DNA of 64,000 bases from Utricularia gibba (Eukaryota > Plantae > Magnoliophyta): positions 2,108,001 to 2,172,000 of the forward strand of contig CM007992.1 of the NCBI GenBank assembly GCA_002189035.1, in the 5' to 3' direction. A program made the position numbers and the translations under genes. Within the stretch, counting starts at the first letter, position 1. Each line of letters opens with the position of its first letter. Below the pieces are notes generated by a model that saw only the letters and a list, made by a program, of their open reading frames with translations, did not search any database and was not told the DNA's origin. This document shows, piece after piece, positions 1 through 12,620 of this stretch.

Positions 1-946
1 CCCTAGCAATGTGGTTTTCCCTGAGAAGGCTAATGTGACACTTCGAAAAAATGTCCAACCAAGAAAGATCATTGTTAGCAAGACTCATTTGCTGTAGTCT
101 AATTGTGAAGCCAAAACCAAGAGCTTATAGGAAATGATAACTTATATTATGTGACTAATTTATGTGACCAACCTAAGGATAATGCTTTGGTGTGTAAAAA
201 GAGCTAGTTTCAATCCAATAATGTAATTAATTTATTTCCATACTGTTCTAGGAGAGGAGAGGGAGAAATACAGGTTATGTGACCAACCTAAGGATAATGC
301 TTAAGTGTGTAAATATGTTTCTTGTTGCTATCATGGAGTCGTCCAACTTATCTGGAGGTTGAACCTTGTCTATAAGAACGACAGCTCTATGGAACAGAAC
401 GACAGCTCTTGGAAGAACACAATGTCAGAAGGAAGCATTATGATAGGTCAAGTGCCCTGTTGTCTATAGTTAGGGGTAATTCCTCTTTTTCTTCTTGTCC
501 ATTCACTAGCTGCAAATTTCAATTATTTTATGATAAAAGAGTGCAACTACTAGTAAATCAAAGAAGTGGAAAGAGATAATGGAATAATTTCAACAATTCC
601 TCCTCTGTGAAATCTCTCTTTACCTCACTGGTTTATGATTGAGAATATTGATCTCTTACCGAGAGAGGCTCAGTAGAAGGCCATCCAGGTAGCAAGAGCA
701 ATAGCAAGGTGGGCACTGCCTGACAAGGCGTGCTTCAGTTCAAACATCAACTACGATCAGCATCATAGTAGTTGAGATAGCTGTTGAACACCAGCCATGG
801 GAGACAGGTTTTGGGTACATGTAAATGCTGAATGAACAGGAAGCACCGAAAGCAAACCCTTTTACAGACAACAGAGCACGGAATTGGCACAGTTTCTACA
901 GTGACGGTAAATTTGAATCCAAAGAATATAGAAATCCAACTGACGA

Positions 947-1500
947 TCAGTAAAGAGTAGTATGGTGATAACCAGCAGCAGGGGGCAATCCCATACTGCT
1001 CACCGGCAGCATTCCATAGGGTGGCATCATCGGCTGTATGCCCGAAGGATAATACACGCCGCCATTGCTTATTTTTGCCAAACTAGTTAGGCCCTGCATT
1101 CCATCTTTTCTGTAGTTGTTTTGCTCCTGAACCAGAAACTACTGCATCTTCTCCATATCTTCCCTTTGAACATAGGATGGTGGTGGAATGCTCAAAGATG
1201 CCACAAATGGATCTTGTCGTACAACTTAAATTGTCGATCCACCTTGTGCAGGGAGGGCAAGAACTGGAGTTGAGTTTTGGTTGCTCCAGGACGAGGTAAT
1301 GCCACACTGCTAGCGCTGTCATCACTCAACTACGCGGCACCAACATGGTGCCGGATGATTCCCTGGTCATACATGCCATTCAGCAACAATGGATCCAACC
1401 CATTGCGCATTGTAGATTTCTGGTTGGATAGAGCACTTGCGGACTCAATAAGAGCTAGCTCCCAATAAGCTTTGCCTGCCACAATAGATGGATTTTTAAT
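947..1500 (-). pseudogene. 3' fragment of an ANTH/AP180-type clathrin assembly protein gene (At2g25430/At4g32285-like C-terminus)
   Basis: Minus-strand translation GKAYWELALIESASALSNQKSTMRNGLDPLLLNGMYDQGIIRHHVGAA*LSDDSASSVALP matches the plant CAP C-terminal motif as I recall it (ADWELALVE...GGGLDPLLLNGMYDQG..RQHV...LSGGSASSVALP). A frameshifted tail follows, ending in a M/P/G/Y-rich stretch and TGA at 947-949. The N-terminal ANTH domain is absent. Confidence 0.8.
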
Positions 1501-1504
1501 ATAA

Positions 1505-1720
1505 ATTGTAGTTGATTGAGAAATAATGTTTTGCCTTTTATGTACCAGGCTATTGGACATTGGTTCAAGAAGATGATGAATCCTAAAGTGCTCCTTAAAT
1601 CTTCTATCATGGCATAATCAGCATTAGAGAATGCCTTCAATGTACGTTCTGCATTACTTTTTCCATAAATGTAGTACTTTCTTGAGATTAAGCCTTGGCA
1701 ATTGATCATATGTGATCTAA
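1505..1720 (-). mobile_element. Ty1/copia RNase H fragment
   Basis: ORF 1455..1709: LKAFSNADYA..DLRSTLGFIIFLNQCPIAW, then in a shifted frame KRQNIISQSTT. This is the copia RNase H N-terminus. Confidence 0.8.
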
Positions 1721-1931
1721 CTGATCATCATGGTTAGCTGTCAGGCGGAGCATGTGTGACCACGCTGTATAGTTAATTCAGTGGTTATTTCCCTTGACAC
1801 ACAAGAAGGTTAGTGTTGGGAGTGCGATAGTGCTCCTCTGTGTATAACCGTGTGCAGTAAGGGAAAGGCGGTGGGTGTGCATATTTTTCTGGTTTTGATT
1901 GATCACAACGAAAGAGATCTGAGTGGAGTGC

Positions 1932-2233
1932 TATCACTGATACTGATCGTTCCTCTCATGACTAAGTATAACCATTTTTCCCTGCTAATAAGGCCATGTC
2001 CACCTGTCTCTGATCTCATGGAAACCGTTGGTGATCAAACATAGTTGGAGTCTGTTGCTATCTTTACGCTGCACTCCACCTCTAATTTCGTGTTGTTAGT
2101 TATGAAGTGTTTTTTGTTGTCTATTTATGACAGTGCTGCTGTACTGATGTAAGTGAAGTTCTTTTCCCTTTCCTTTACAATTCAGTCTTACATTCAACAG
2201 CAAAGCCTGAGAGTTACGCCTTCAAATTTAACA
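1932..2233 (+). repeat. 5' LTR of the copia element
   Basis: Starts TA (TG mutated) and ends AACA. About 16 substitutions and 1 indel versus the 3' LTR by hand alignment. Confidence 0.95.
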
Positions 2234-2235
2234 AG

Positions 2236-2247
2236 TGGTATCAGAGC
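2236..2247 (+). promoter_or_regulatory. Primer binding site (tRNA-Met initiator)
   Basis: TGGTATCAGAGC two bases after the LTR end. Confidence 0.95.
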
Positions 2248-2256
2248 GTGTCGATC

Positions 2257-5200
2257 ATGGATGCTACTCAATCAGGTGCTGTCTGGAAGTTCAACGGCGA
2301 AGATTATGCAATATGGGCAGTACAAATGACTGCTTACCTACAAGCAATGAAACTGTGGGAGACCGTTAGTTCTAGCGTGCAGCCTGAAACTCTCTCGGCA
2401 AATGCTTCGTTGGAACGAGTTAAAAGATAAGAAGAACTCCAAGTTCGGGAAGGACAAGCCAAAGTCGTTCTCTACTCAGGTATGGATAAGTCCATAATTC
2501 CAAGAACACTAATGTGCAAAACAGCCAAGGAGATCTAGGATAAGCTCAAAATGGAGTTTAAAGGAGATGCACATTCTAAGGAGATACGAATCACAAACCT
2601 TGAAATGGAGTATGAAAGCATGAGAATGCTGCCATCTGAGACGGTAAAAATGTATGTTGATTGTTTTATGAAGGTAGTTACCCAATTACAAATGCTAGGA
2701 GATATCAAGAGTGAATTCACCCTAGCTAAGAAAATCATGCACACAGCGTTGCCGTGTTTCGAGCCCAAGATTTCCTCTCTAGAATGCAGCACTGATTATC
2801 CAAACCTCACGGTTGCAAAAATCTCTAGTGCTCTTCAAGCTCTTGAGTGTAGGGTTGCAGCTAGAGACCATGTGATGGAGAGAGCACTAGTTGCTTTGCA
2901 GCTTGGGAAGTCTGCTCTTAACCAATCTGGTCCTAAGGAGAAAACTGCTGAAGCAAGCAAAAATAAAGGACGCAAAAGAAAAGAGAAAGCAAAATTCCCT
3001 CCATGCAAGCATTGTAACAGAAATTCACATTCTGAAAGTTTTTGTTTCTGGAGGCCAGATGCACATTGCTCGGTGTGTAATCAATTAGGTCATGTGGACA
3101 AAGTATGCAAAAAGAAAAATCAGCCACCACAAGTTCAAGCCTCCGTTGCTGAAATTGTTACATATGGTGGGACTGAAAATTTATTTGCTACTACACTATT
3201 CTATCCCAGCAATAGTGGAGCAAAATCTCTGCTGCCAGATGCGTCAAAGGCCGAGGTTCTGTTTGCAGGTAGAACCCAAACAGCATAATACACTCCACTA
3301 ACTGGTTGGCTTGTGGATTCAGGGTGCTCTGCGCATATGATTGGAGATAAAAATTGCTTTGCAACATTAAACTACTCTAAGACTGCAAGCATAAGGCTTG
3401 GAAATGGTGAAATGCTGGAGGCCATTGCCAAAGGATCTGTTTTGGTGCAAACACCACTAGGAATCATATGCTTACAGGATGTTTACCTAGTTCCAAGGCT
3501 CAACATCAACCTGTTGAGTGTGAAAAAACTTGATGACAAAGGATTTAAAGTCATCTTCGAAGGTGGAACTTGCACAATCATAGACCCATCAGGGGTTGAG
3601 GTGATTAAAATATTAGCCACTGGAGATAACTATCATCTACCCTGGCCTCTCATTATGACTGAGTCAGCTAATGCAGCTGGTGTGGTGTCTCAGTCACGAT
3701 GGCATAAGGTATTTGGTCATATCAACAACCATACTCTAGAGCTAATGTCTAAAAGGCAGACTTGCAGAGATCTACCACAATTACACTCACTTGACAGGCC
3801 CAGCTGTGCCATTTGTTTGCAAGGTAAGATGAAGCAGGTTCCTTATCCACATCAAGCTGGGTTCAGGGCTGAAAAACATCTAGAGCTAGTACATTCTGAC
3901 ATATGTGGTCCTATGAAAGTAGAATCACTGGGTGGCAGCAGGTATTTCATAAGTTTTATTGATGATATGTCTCGATATTGCTGGATTTTCTTTATGAAAT
4001 ACAAAAGCCAAGCTCTGGAAAACTATCTCAACTATAAAGCCTTAGTTGAGAAGAGTTCTGGTTGTAAGATGATGTGTCTCCGGATAGATAATGGTGGAGA
4101 ATTCAACTCCACCCTCTTCAAAGATGAGCTGAGAAAGGAAGGGATCAAAATGGTGTAGTGGAAAGGAAAAATGGAGTGATCATGGCCATGGCTCGTTGCT
4201 TACTTCTAGAAAAGAGGCTACCCAAACAATTCTGGTGTGAAGCAGTGGCCACAGCTGTTTATGTGCAAAACAGGATTGCATCAAGCAGCTTGGATGGCAT
4301 AACACCATACAAAGTATGGCATGGTAGGAAACCAGCTGTTGGCCACCTCAGGGTATTCGGATCAATAGCATACACTCTAGTGCCAGCTGAGTTGCGGTCA
4401 AAGCTGGATAACCGTTCGTTGGCTGATATATTCATCGGATACTCTGAAGGTACTAAAGGCTATAGAATCTACAATCCACAAAAAAAAAGAGTAAGTATAG
4501 CTCGAAGTATGTGGATTGATGAGGATGACTTCTAGGATTGGGAGTACAACCTTCCTGCCTCACATGTGGTTAGTATCTCAAAAAAGGTCAATCTTTATTC
4601 CTCTAACGATTTTTCTCTTGATGACCTGGATGATGATGCTTATTCGGGTACACCCCCTCAACTTGATGATGTGAATAGCTCAGATAATCCGATAGATGCT
4701 CAAGAGAGCATCCACTCACCAAGTAGCACTCCCTCCAACCTTGATGAATCTGAGGGCACAAGGTTTCGATTGTTATCAGACATATATCACGAGACAGCAG
4801 AAAATCAAACAGGAACATCACTTCAAAGGACAAGGTCATTTACAGACATACATGAATATGCAAACCTTGCCATTGCATCCTCAGAACCGCAAACTGTTGG
4901 GGAAGCCTTACAACAATCCCATTGGAAAAGGGCTATGGAAGAAGAGCTCAAGATGATTCACAAACATAACACCTGGATTCTGGTCGATCCTTCACCTGAA
5001 GCCCATATCATTGGACTAAAATGGGTGTTCAAGATCAAGACTAATGCTGATGGAACTCTACAAAAGTATAAGGCAAGGTTGGTAGTCAAAGGCTACTCCC
5101 AAGAGTATGGTATTGATTACTATGATACCTTCGCCCCTGTTGCTAGATTTGATACCATTAGACTCTTACTTGCTATTGCAGCACAAGAGAATTGGAGAGT

Positions 5201-6417
5201 TCATCAGATGGATGTCAAGTCGGCCTTTTTAAATGGAGATTTACAGGAAAAAATCTACTGCAAGCAACCACCTAGATTCGAAATCCTAGGAAACAAGGTA
5301 TGTCTCTTACTAAAAGCCTTATATGGTCTAAAGCAGGCCCCTAGAGCCTAGTATGAACATTTGGAAAAGGCTCTATTGGATTTTGGATTTGAAAAATCCA
5401 AAAATGATGCAGCACTATTCGTCTATCTGGAGGATAACAAGGCAATCCTGATCACGGTTATTTATGTTGATGACATTATGATTACAGGAGAGAATGTCTC
5501 TCAGATAAACAAATTCAAGAGTTTTCTGAAAGGCGCGTTTGAGATGTCAGGCCTTGGGCTAATGCACCAATTTTTAGGTATGGAAGTTGAGCAACTACCA
5601 ATTGGAATTTTTCTCTCACAGACCAAATTCTCTACAAATATGCTAAGGAAGTTTGGATATTCAGAATGTTTTGCTGCCAACTCCCCTATATTGCAAAATT
5701 ACAAATCATTTTTTGCAGAGGAAGGGAAGGCTATTGACTTAACGCTTTTCAGATCAATTGTCGGGTCATTGATGTTCCTCACCAACACTAGGCCAGACAT
5801 TATGTTTGTAACGGGCCTTCTCTCTAGGTTTATGCACCAGCCTATGGAAAATCACTTGCAGTGTGCGAAAAGGGTTTTGAGGTACATTGCTGGAACATCT
5901 TCTTATGGCTTATACTACAAGAAAAGCAGCAAGGATTTATATGGTTTCGTTGACTCAGATTTTGCAGGAACCAAGGATTTCAGAAGTACTTCTGGTTATG
6001 TGTTCAAACTTGCATCGGCTGGTATATGTTGGAACTCAAAAAAGCAGGCGGATATAGCACAATCCACTGCTAAAGCAGAGTATATGGCTGCATCTCTTGC
6101 TGGAAACCAAGCTTGCTGGTTGAGAAAAATGTTCACGGATGTTGGAAAAAAAAATCAGGCAGCTACGCTGATATTCTGTGACTCCAAGAGTGCAATTGCC
6201 AAGATTAAAGATCCTGTTTTCCATGGAAGGACGAAACATATTTCAGTAAAGTATCACTGCATTCGGGAAAGACAAAAGAACAAGGAACTTAGTTTCTTGC
6301 ATTGTAGTTCAGAAGAACAAGTAGCTGATGTCCTCACTAAAGCATTACCTCTCGGACACTTTGAGCATATGAGGAATCAGCTAGGCGTGATTGATGGAAA
6401 AACGATCAAGGGGGAGA
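2257..6417 (+). pseudogene. copia gag-pol polyprotein, disrupted
   Basis: gag UBN2 and zinc knuckles (CKHCNRNSHSESFC, CSVCNQLGHVDKVC); protease DSGCSAHM; integrase HHCC zinc finger and LELVHSDICGP/DNGGEF; RT YKARLVVKG, QMDVKSAFL, YVDD; RNase H FVDSDFAG, ADVLTK. In-frame stops near 2428, 2536, 4533 and 5349 and several frameshifts. Confidence 0.95.
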
Positions 6418-6418
6418 T

Positions 6419-6719
6419 TGTCACTGATACTGATCGTTCCTCTCATGTCTAAGTACAACCATTTTTCCTTGCTAATAAGGCCCTGTCCACCTGTCCCTGG
6501 TCTCACGGAAACTGTTGGTGATCAAACATAGTTGGAGTCTGTTGCTATCTTTACACTGCACTCAACCTCTAATTTCGTGTCGTTAGTTATGAAGTGTTTT
6601 TTGTTGTCTATTTATGGCAGTGCTGCTGCATGATGTAAGTGAAGTTCTTTTCCCTTTCCTTTACAATTCAGTCTTACATTCAGCAGCAAAGCCTGAGAGT
6701 TACGCTTTCAAATTTAACA
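6419..6719 (+). repeat. 3' LTR of the copia element
   Basis: TG...CA, preceded by the PPT and followed by TSD AGTGC. Confidence 0.95.
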
Positions 6720-6934
6720 AGTGCATCTTTCTATATTGTGTATCATGTTCGAAACTTAGTGAATTTGCAGGTTGAGTGATTGGCTCAACACTAGGAGATT
6801 TCCCCGCTTGGGGTTTTACCTTGCTAAACATTGTGTTATGTTCTCTCATTACATTACTAATAACATCATTACACTTCAGATTGCAAGCACAAGCACACAT
6901 TAGAAGCACCTCATTTCTCGGGCAAAATCCAACA

Positions 6935-9290
6935 CCATCAGCATTTTGCTTTTATATCCATTGGTGGGTTTGAAAGCAACTTCTTTAGGTCTTTCCACGA
7001 GTTCCCAACTAGTGTTCTTTTCTATTGCTTCAATCTTCCTTTTCATTTCATTTTTCCATTTTTCATTTTTGATTGCCTCAAAAAAAAAAACAAAAAACTT
7101 TGGATCATCCGTATCCATATATGACAAGATTTCATAATCAAACTTATGAGTGATGTTTTAGAGGTCATTTTGTCGTTTTTATCCTTCTGATTGCAGTAGC
7201 TCTTACCTCATCTTCATTGTAAATGTCATAGTCATCATCTTTAGAAGATAATCCTGATTGACTATGATCATTAGTACATTTAAAGAGTGACATCTTCTTG
7301 TCTTTCTATTATAGAGTGTCCTACTACATTTGCATCAAAACTTATTTCACTATTTTCATTTTCATAATTTGCATCCTCTTCTCCAATTCATAAGTGACTT
7401 CCTCTTTTCCTCTGATGTTCATTATATGATGTTCATTATATCTGTAGTTAAAATAGCGATTTTATTATTTAATTTATTTTCATCAAAGACTACATATTTA
7501 TTGATAAAAACTCTAATTTCAAGCAAATAAAGTCTATAGCCTTTTGTCATAGTGCCATATCCCACAACGACTTCACAATTAGATCATGTATCCGATTCTA
7601 TTCTAAGTGAAGTAAGAATTAGAATATGACAATGACAATGACTACTAAATATTAGTAGACGAGAATGGTTAGGCTTCTTTTTCATGTCATAATTCATATG
7701 TTTTTTTTCCAGAGATACCATTAGATGGCATTAACAAATTGATAGGCACTGCAATAGCTTCTGCCTAGGAATATTGTGGAAAGTATTTTTCATATAATAA
7801 GTATCTAGTCATTTATAACATTGTTAGATTTTCTCTCTCAGATACTCCATTTTGTTCTATCGAATACACATTAGTATGTTCATGTAGAATACCCGGATCT
7901 GCATTTCCTATGTTCATTACTTAGTCATGAAAACACTTGATTTGGTATTTAAATTGCATGAATTCAATGAGTGTCATGCATTTATTGTTACCATTAAAAT
8001 AGTATTAACTATTATAGGGTGTAGGTTAGGAATTTCTTACCATTTTTATTAGCACATGTGGATGTAAAATAACACAAAAAAAGAGCTCGGTGAGAATTAG
8101 TGAGCACTTTGACTCAGTTTGACTTGAGGTTTCTTTACTGTATTCGCTGCCACTGTAGTTGGCATCCAAAATATTTATTTTTATTGCATGTGCACTTATT
8201 AACACTCTATTCAAACCCCAATTTAACTTATAGTATACGTAAAACTTATTGCTAAAAACATATTCCTCTTTGTGCATTGACTTAGATTTGCAATTACTAT
8301 ATTTATTTACATGTTGAATATTTGTGAGATAATGGTTCAATTTATAAATGCTTTGATGAAGAGAGATCTTTAGAGCTGTGGTAGTTGGAGAATGTATTAA
8401 ATTTAATTTCTTAAATAATCTATTCACAAAAGGTACAAATATCTTTTTTACTTGTTTTACTTGTTGTCATGTTGCACATTCCTGATCAGCAAAGCATATA
8501 TCCTTAAGCTTCATGACTTCCGTATTTTTATGCAGAATACATAATTTTTTTGAAACGATAATGTCCAAGACTCTTATGCCATATGTTCAGCACTTACAGT
8601 GAAGTGACATTTCTTCTTATCATATGCATCAACTACGACTAGTTTCTTAGCAACAAGCACTGCATTCATAGATATTTGTTTTGCAGGTTCATTGATGATA
8701 CAATGAGTGTTTTTTTCTGAAGATTCCATTCCAATTCAATATCAAAGCCTTGCTTATCAATTGAACAATGCTGATAAGATTTTGAACTACTAAAAGAGTA
8801 TAGTAGATGTTCAATATTTCCAGCAATACTTGTTCCACTAGCACAAAACTGTTTTCAATACTACGTATGTCGATAGAGTCATGAGTGCTCCATCAATTAT
8901 TTTAGTATCATCAAGGTTTTTTTTTCAGGTCCCTAATTTCATTTACCATTCTAGAGATTCTTTCATAGTAATAGTTCATTGATTCTCTGTCTAGCATTTT
9001 GTTTCTTTTAAGCTTATTCAACTTGATCTCAAGGGTAAACTTCCTTTTTCTCATAAGTATCGTGCATTGACGACATCTCATATTTCTTTAGTCATTGAAT
9101 AAATTATCAAATATAGGTTTAGTAAGTGCTTCAAAAGTGCATTCAAGTCTACTACCTTAAGCTCTATTTAGGTGTTGAAGTGCCCATAATCATTGGATGT
9201 AGCTTTAAAAATCAAAGAACATTGGTTGCTTTGAGATATTTTGAAAATTTATCTTTTTTAAAGATTCAAGAATTTTATTCTGATACCATG
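6935..9290 (-). mobile_element. Degenerate Ty1/copia element (gag, integrase, RT start)
   Basis: PBS as TCTGATACCA at 9279-9288 next to a TG LTR end; gag-like MLDRESMNYYERISRMVNEIRDL near 8900-9000; integrase EQNGVSERENLTML near 7820-7870; RT start EAIKNEKWKNEMKRKIEAIEKNTSWELVERP at about 6990-7080. Confidence 0.8.
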
Positions 9291-9529
9291 TTGAATATAA
9301 TGCTTTAAAAAAACGCAGCTTGCTTCAAGAAATCAATCAAAGCATTTTTTGCTTCAAGAGCTCGAGAGCAGCAGAAGAAGATGATCCACTCCAGTATCTA
9401 CAACCATCCCATCTGACAATCATTTTGTTTAATATTAGTGGTCATATGGCAAAACGTAACTACAATAAAGGAAACCAAAAACTACGGAGCATGATTTTCT
9501 TCCTAATCCTTCATAATTCAGCTTCATGA

Positions 9530-11915
9530 TTTCCTTCCATTAGCTCACCTAAAAGTGGACATTTAGGAGGCAAATGTCTATAGGAGAGGTCTAGTAGAGC
9601 ATTACACTCTTGAAAATGCAGATCCAAAAGTTAAGTTCAGATGGAGCACTTCGCATGTTAGAATCTGTCAAAGAGGGACTTGAAGAAAGATAGTCATACT
9701 CCTCCATAAAAACCAAATCACTCGGAGTTGGATTTCTATAAGTATTATTTCCTATTTCGTTGTCATGATGATTTTGATATTCTCATTTTGTAAAGCACAC
9801 CGTTTGTGTATTAACATGTATTTTTTTTATGAAGCAAAGTGGAGTATAGATTTTTCCTACAATTGCATTGGGAAGCGGGATCCTTTTCAATGAAGCTCGG
9901 TGCATCGGACCAAATTTTTACATCTCTATAGAAGCTACTAGATCATTAGTTAAGGGTGCTTTGTGACATGGCATGTAGAAGTAAGACACCTACACCTTAC
10001 TTCAAAATAAATGATTGTGGTTTTTGCAACATAAGGTCAAAGAAGGAGGCTTTAAGGCTTTGCAAGCATTGATTTAAATGAAGCAATGTCGTGAAACATG
10101 GAACCAAATAAAGTTCATCCATCTAGAAGTTGGATTGGTTAATAATCACAATCCTTATTTAGTAGCTAGTACACATTGGCAGCCTTCATTTTCATCTTTC
10201 TCTATCATGGCGGTGTTAACCAAACACCAATCTCAACAGTTGGAGACCTTCTATCAAGCGTAGGAATGTCTCAAGATCTCCAATGTATTTCTTATTCGAA
10301 AGTCCATTATTTGTTTTCGGAATTTGTTTGGCCTAATTGGTACTCAAACCATCTACGGTATCCATTTCCAGACCACCCCAACACCAACAAGTACAGTCAA
10401 ACATGAATCTCCCTTCAATTCACCTGATGTGGTCTCGTAGTCAAATGTTCCTTTCTCATAAGTTTATTAAATCCTCATGTTTGGGTGGATGCGATCTCCC
10501 TCTTGGGTAGCTTGGAAAACTATCACAGTTATAGGCATGCTTTATAAAAGTGGAGTTCCACATTTAATAAATTACCAATTTTTTATATTTTAAAAAAACA
10601 TAGTATATTAAATTTACATTAAAATTATGTAACTTATTTGTATTTTTTTTTTATAAAAAGTAGTCTTTTGTTACTCTGAAAATTTTAATTAACCTACATT
10701 AGTTCAATGGATCGAAATGTCCATAAAAATAAAATTATGTAACCATTTTTGGTAGAATTTACAAAACTTATGTAATATATTTTAAAACAGATATATAATT
10801 TAAATTATAATAGTTTTTAAATTAGTATCACCAGTCATGATTTTTATTTAAATTCTATCATTTTGTAATTATATGTCAACCGTTAAATTTATATCTTAAT
10901 CTTTTTTCTTATTGAATTAAATTCAATACTCATTTTAGATTTTTGTATTAATATAAATTTCAGAATTTAAAGAGTAAGTTACATTGTAGAAAGAAATGTA
11001 AATGTTATATAAATAAAAGATGGATAATGTTATATTACTGTTATGTGTATATATGAAATTAACGATTTATGAATTAAAAAATAAATAAAAATATTAATGT
11101 TTATATAAAATATATGTTTTTTTTAAAAAAATTAATAAAAGATAGTTAGTTTTATAAGTAAAACAATAGTAGGTACTTTTATAAATTATATTTGACAGTG
11201 AGTACTTTTTTATATTATTCAATTTCTCTCTTGGTGTTGATAGAGAGTTTGGGCAAAAGTAGAGAAAGATTGAATAAGAAAATGAGTCGATGCAGATCTA
11301 GGTACTCTTTTTCCTGAGATGAGGAATGCGGCAAGTCGATCGGCCTCATAAAGTGCATTTGCTTGTTGGAAAGAAGCTGAAGCCATTTTTTAGAAAAGAA
11401 TATCCAATGTTTGGGATCCAAAGTCGCTCTAAGCTATCAATACTATAATCATTTCCATCACCAAGGCAATGATTATTGTTATGTTGCTGAACCTGTAATC
11501 GGGTTACTGGGCGAGCAAGATAACTGAAAGGAGGAAACTCAATCACATCTTCCAATATTGGTTGAAAAGTTTCTGTCATCTTCTTTCTACCTATGGTTGA
11601 AAGAAGGAAGATGAACTACAAAAGTCTGGAATTCAAAAACTATCCTCACAGCCACCAGCATTCGTCTCTAATGTGATGTGACTGCTCGCTTCTTCCTATT
11701 GCAGACTCTATCCCCTTGGTGAGTCTGACCGCCTCCTTTCCTTGTCTCTTCAGGTGCTGTCGGTCCAGCTAAACTGTTTGGTGGTGCTGCTGTCTCCTTG
11801 TGTTCCTGTTTGGGGTCTCCGCTTCCTCTATTGATGATCTGGCTGTCTCCAGCCTTGCACTGTTCGTTGGGGTTCATCACACTTATGCTTATAGTGTCAG
11901 CATTTCTTCAGTAGG
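9530..11915 (-). pseudogene. Probable F-box/F-box-associated-domain pseudogene, copy 1
   Basis: F-box-like ILEDVIEF..FSYLARPVTRLQV (ORF 11346..11579) and FBA-like stretches (IHWRS, ASIEM, CFTK.EY...) broken by stops. It aligns along its length to 13248-15467. Domain identity is by eye only. Confidence 0.45.
10555..11190. mobile_element. AT-rich MITE-like insertion or intron within F-box copy 1
   Basis: About 630 bp and very AT-rich, with degenerate inverted ends. Homologous to 14570-15145. Confidence 0.45.
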
Positions 11916-12269
11916 AGTAGGAAAGAGCACTGTAATGCTTCCTGTTCTGCAAGTGAATCAAGGGATTAGTTGAAGTCTGGTGGCTTATGTTGTAATATTT
12001 TAATTACAATAGCAGAATTATTGGAAGAGGAAACACAAGCCAACAGACTATTCGTGTTGATGTACAGTAAAAACTTTGCACCTGCTCTAAAGGTTGTCTA
12101 TTAGTAGAACTTTGCCATTTGAAGAACTTTAACAGAGTTTTAATACCATTTGCATGTAAAACAGGAAAGATAAACACAATTTACAAATGCTGAAAATCAA
12201 ATGATGAAAAACAGGAAGGTGAAGTTACAGATAAAAAAAATAAAGTTAATTTAGTCTATATTATGTATA

Positions 12270-12620
12270 AAGATCAAGGTGTTGTATCTCTCTCACACAA
12301 GGGTTAGCTTACACCATATTATATCTCACATCACAAACTAATGTAAGCTCTCTTCCTTTGCGCAAGTCCTCCTCTTCTCTCCCTTGGGCGGGTGCCCCCT
12401 TCCTTCCAATGCCAATAATCCCGCCCAGGGATTTATTTTCAGTATTTATACCCTTAATTAGAACTAACAGGCCCCTCTTAAGAATATGAGAATACCCTAA
12501 TGACCACTCAGTCTATGCCTTAGTCTGTACCAGTTTCAATTACCTGTTTAGCCACGTCACATTTCACCTTGCGCCCGCATCCCAGTCACCTTACCAGGGG
12601 CCCCAACCAAGGGTGTTACA
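12270..12620 (-). mobile_element. LTR-like fragment (gypsy-type start TGTAACACCC)
   Basis: The reverse strand begins TGTAACACCCTTGG and has a TATAAATA-like box and a GA-rich tract. No TSD found. Confidence 0.35.

Larger units (their letters stand above)
1932..6719 (+). mobile_element. Full-length Ty1/copia LTR retrotransposon, inactivated
   Basis: LTRs at 1932-2233 and 6419-6719, 5-bp TSD AGTGC (1927-1931, 6720-6724), PBS-Met TGGTATCAGAGC (2236-2247) and PPT AAGGGGGAGA (6408-6417). Domain order is gag-PR-INT-RT-RH. Confidence 0.97.
1721..6934 (+). mobile_element. LTR-like fragment (1721-1931 plus 6720-6934) split by the younger copia insertion
   Basis: The flanks on both sides of TSD AGTGC rejoin into about 420 bp of non-coding LTR-like sequence ending ...CAAAATCCAACA at 6934, directly against an interrupted RT motif. 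Its own TSD was not found. Confidence 0.4.

Noticed and set aside
1932-6719. Potentially active retrotransposon
   Set aside because: Multiple in-frame stops, frameshifts, an integrase deletion and about 5% LTR divergence.
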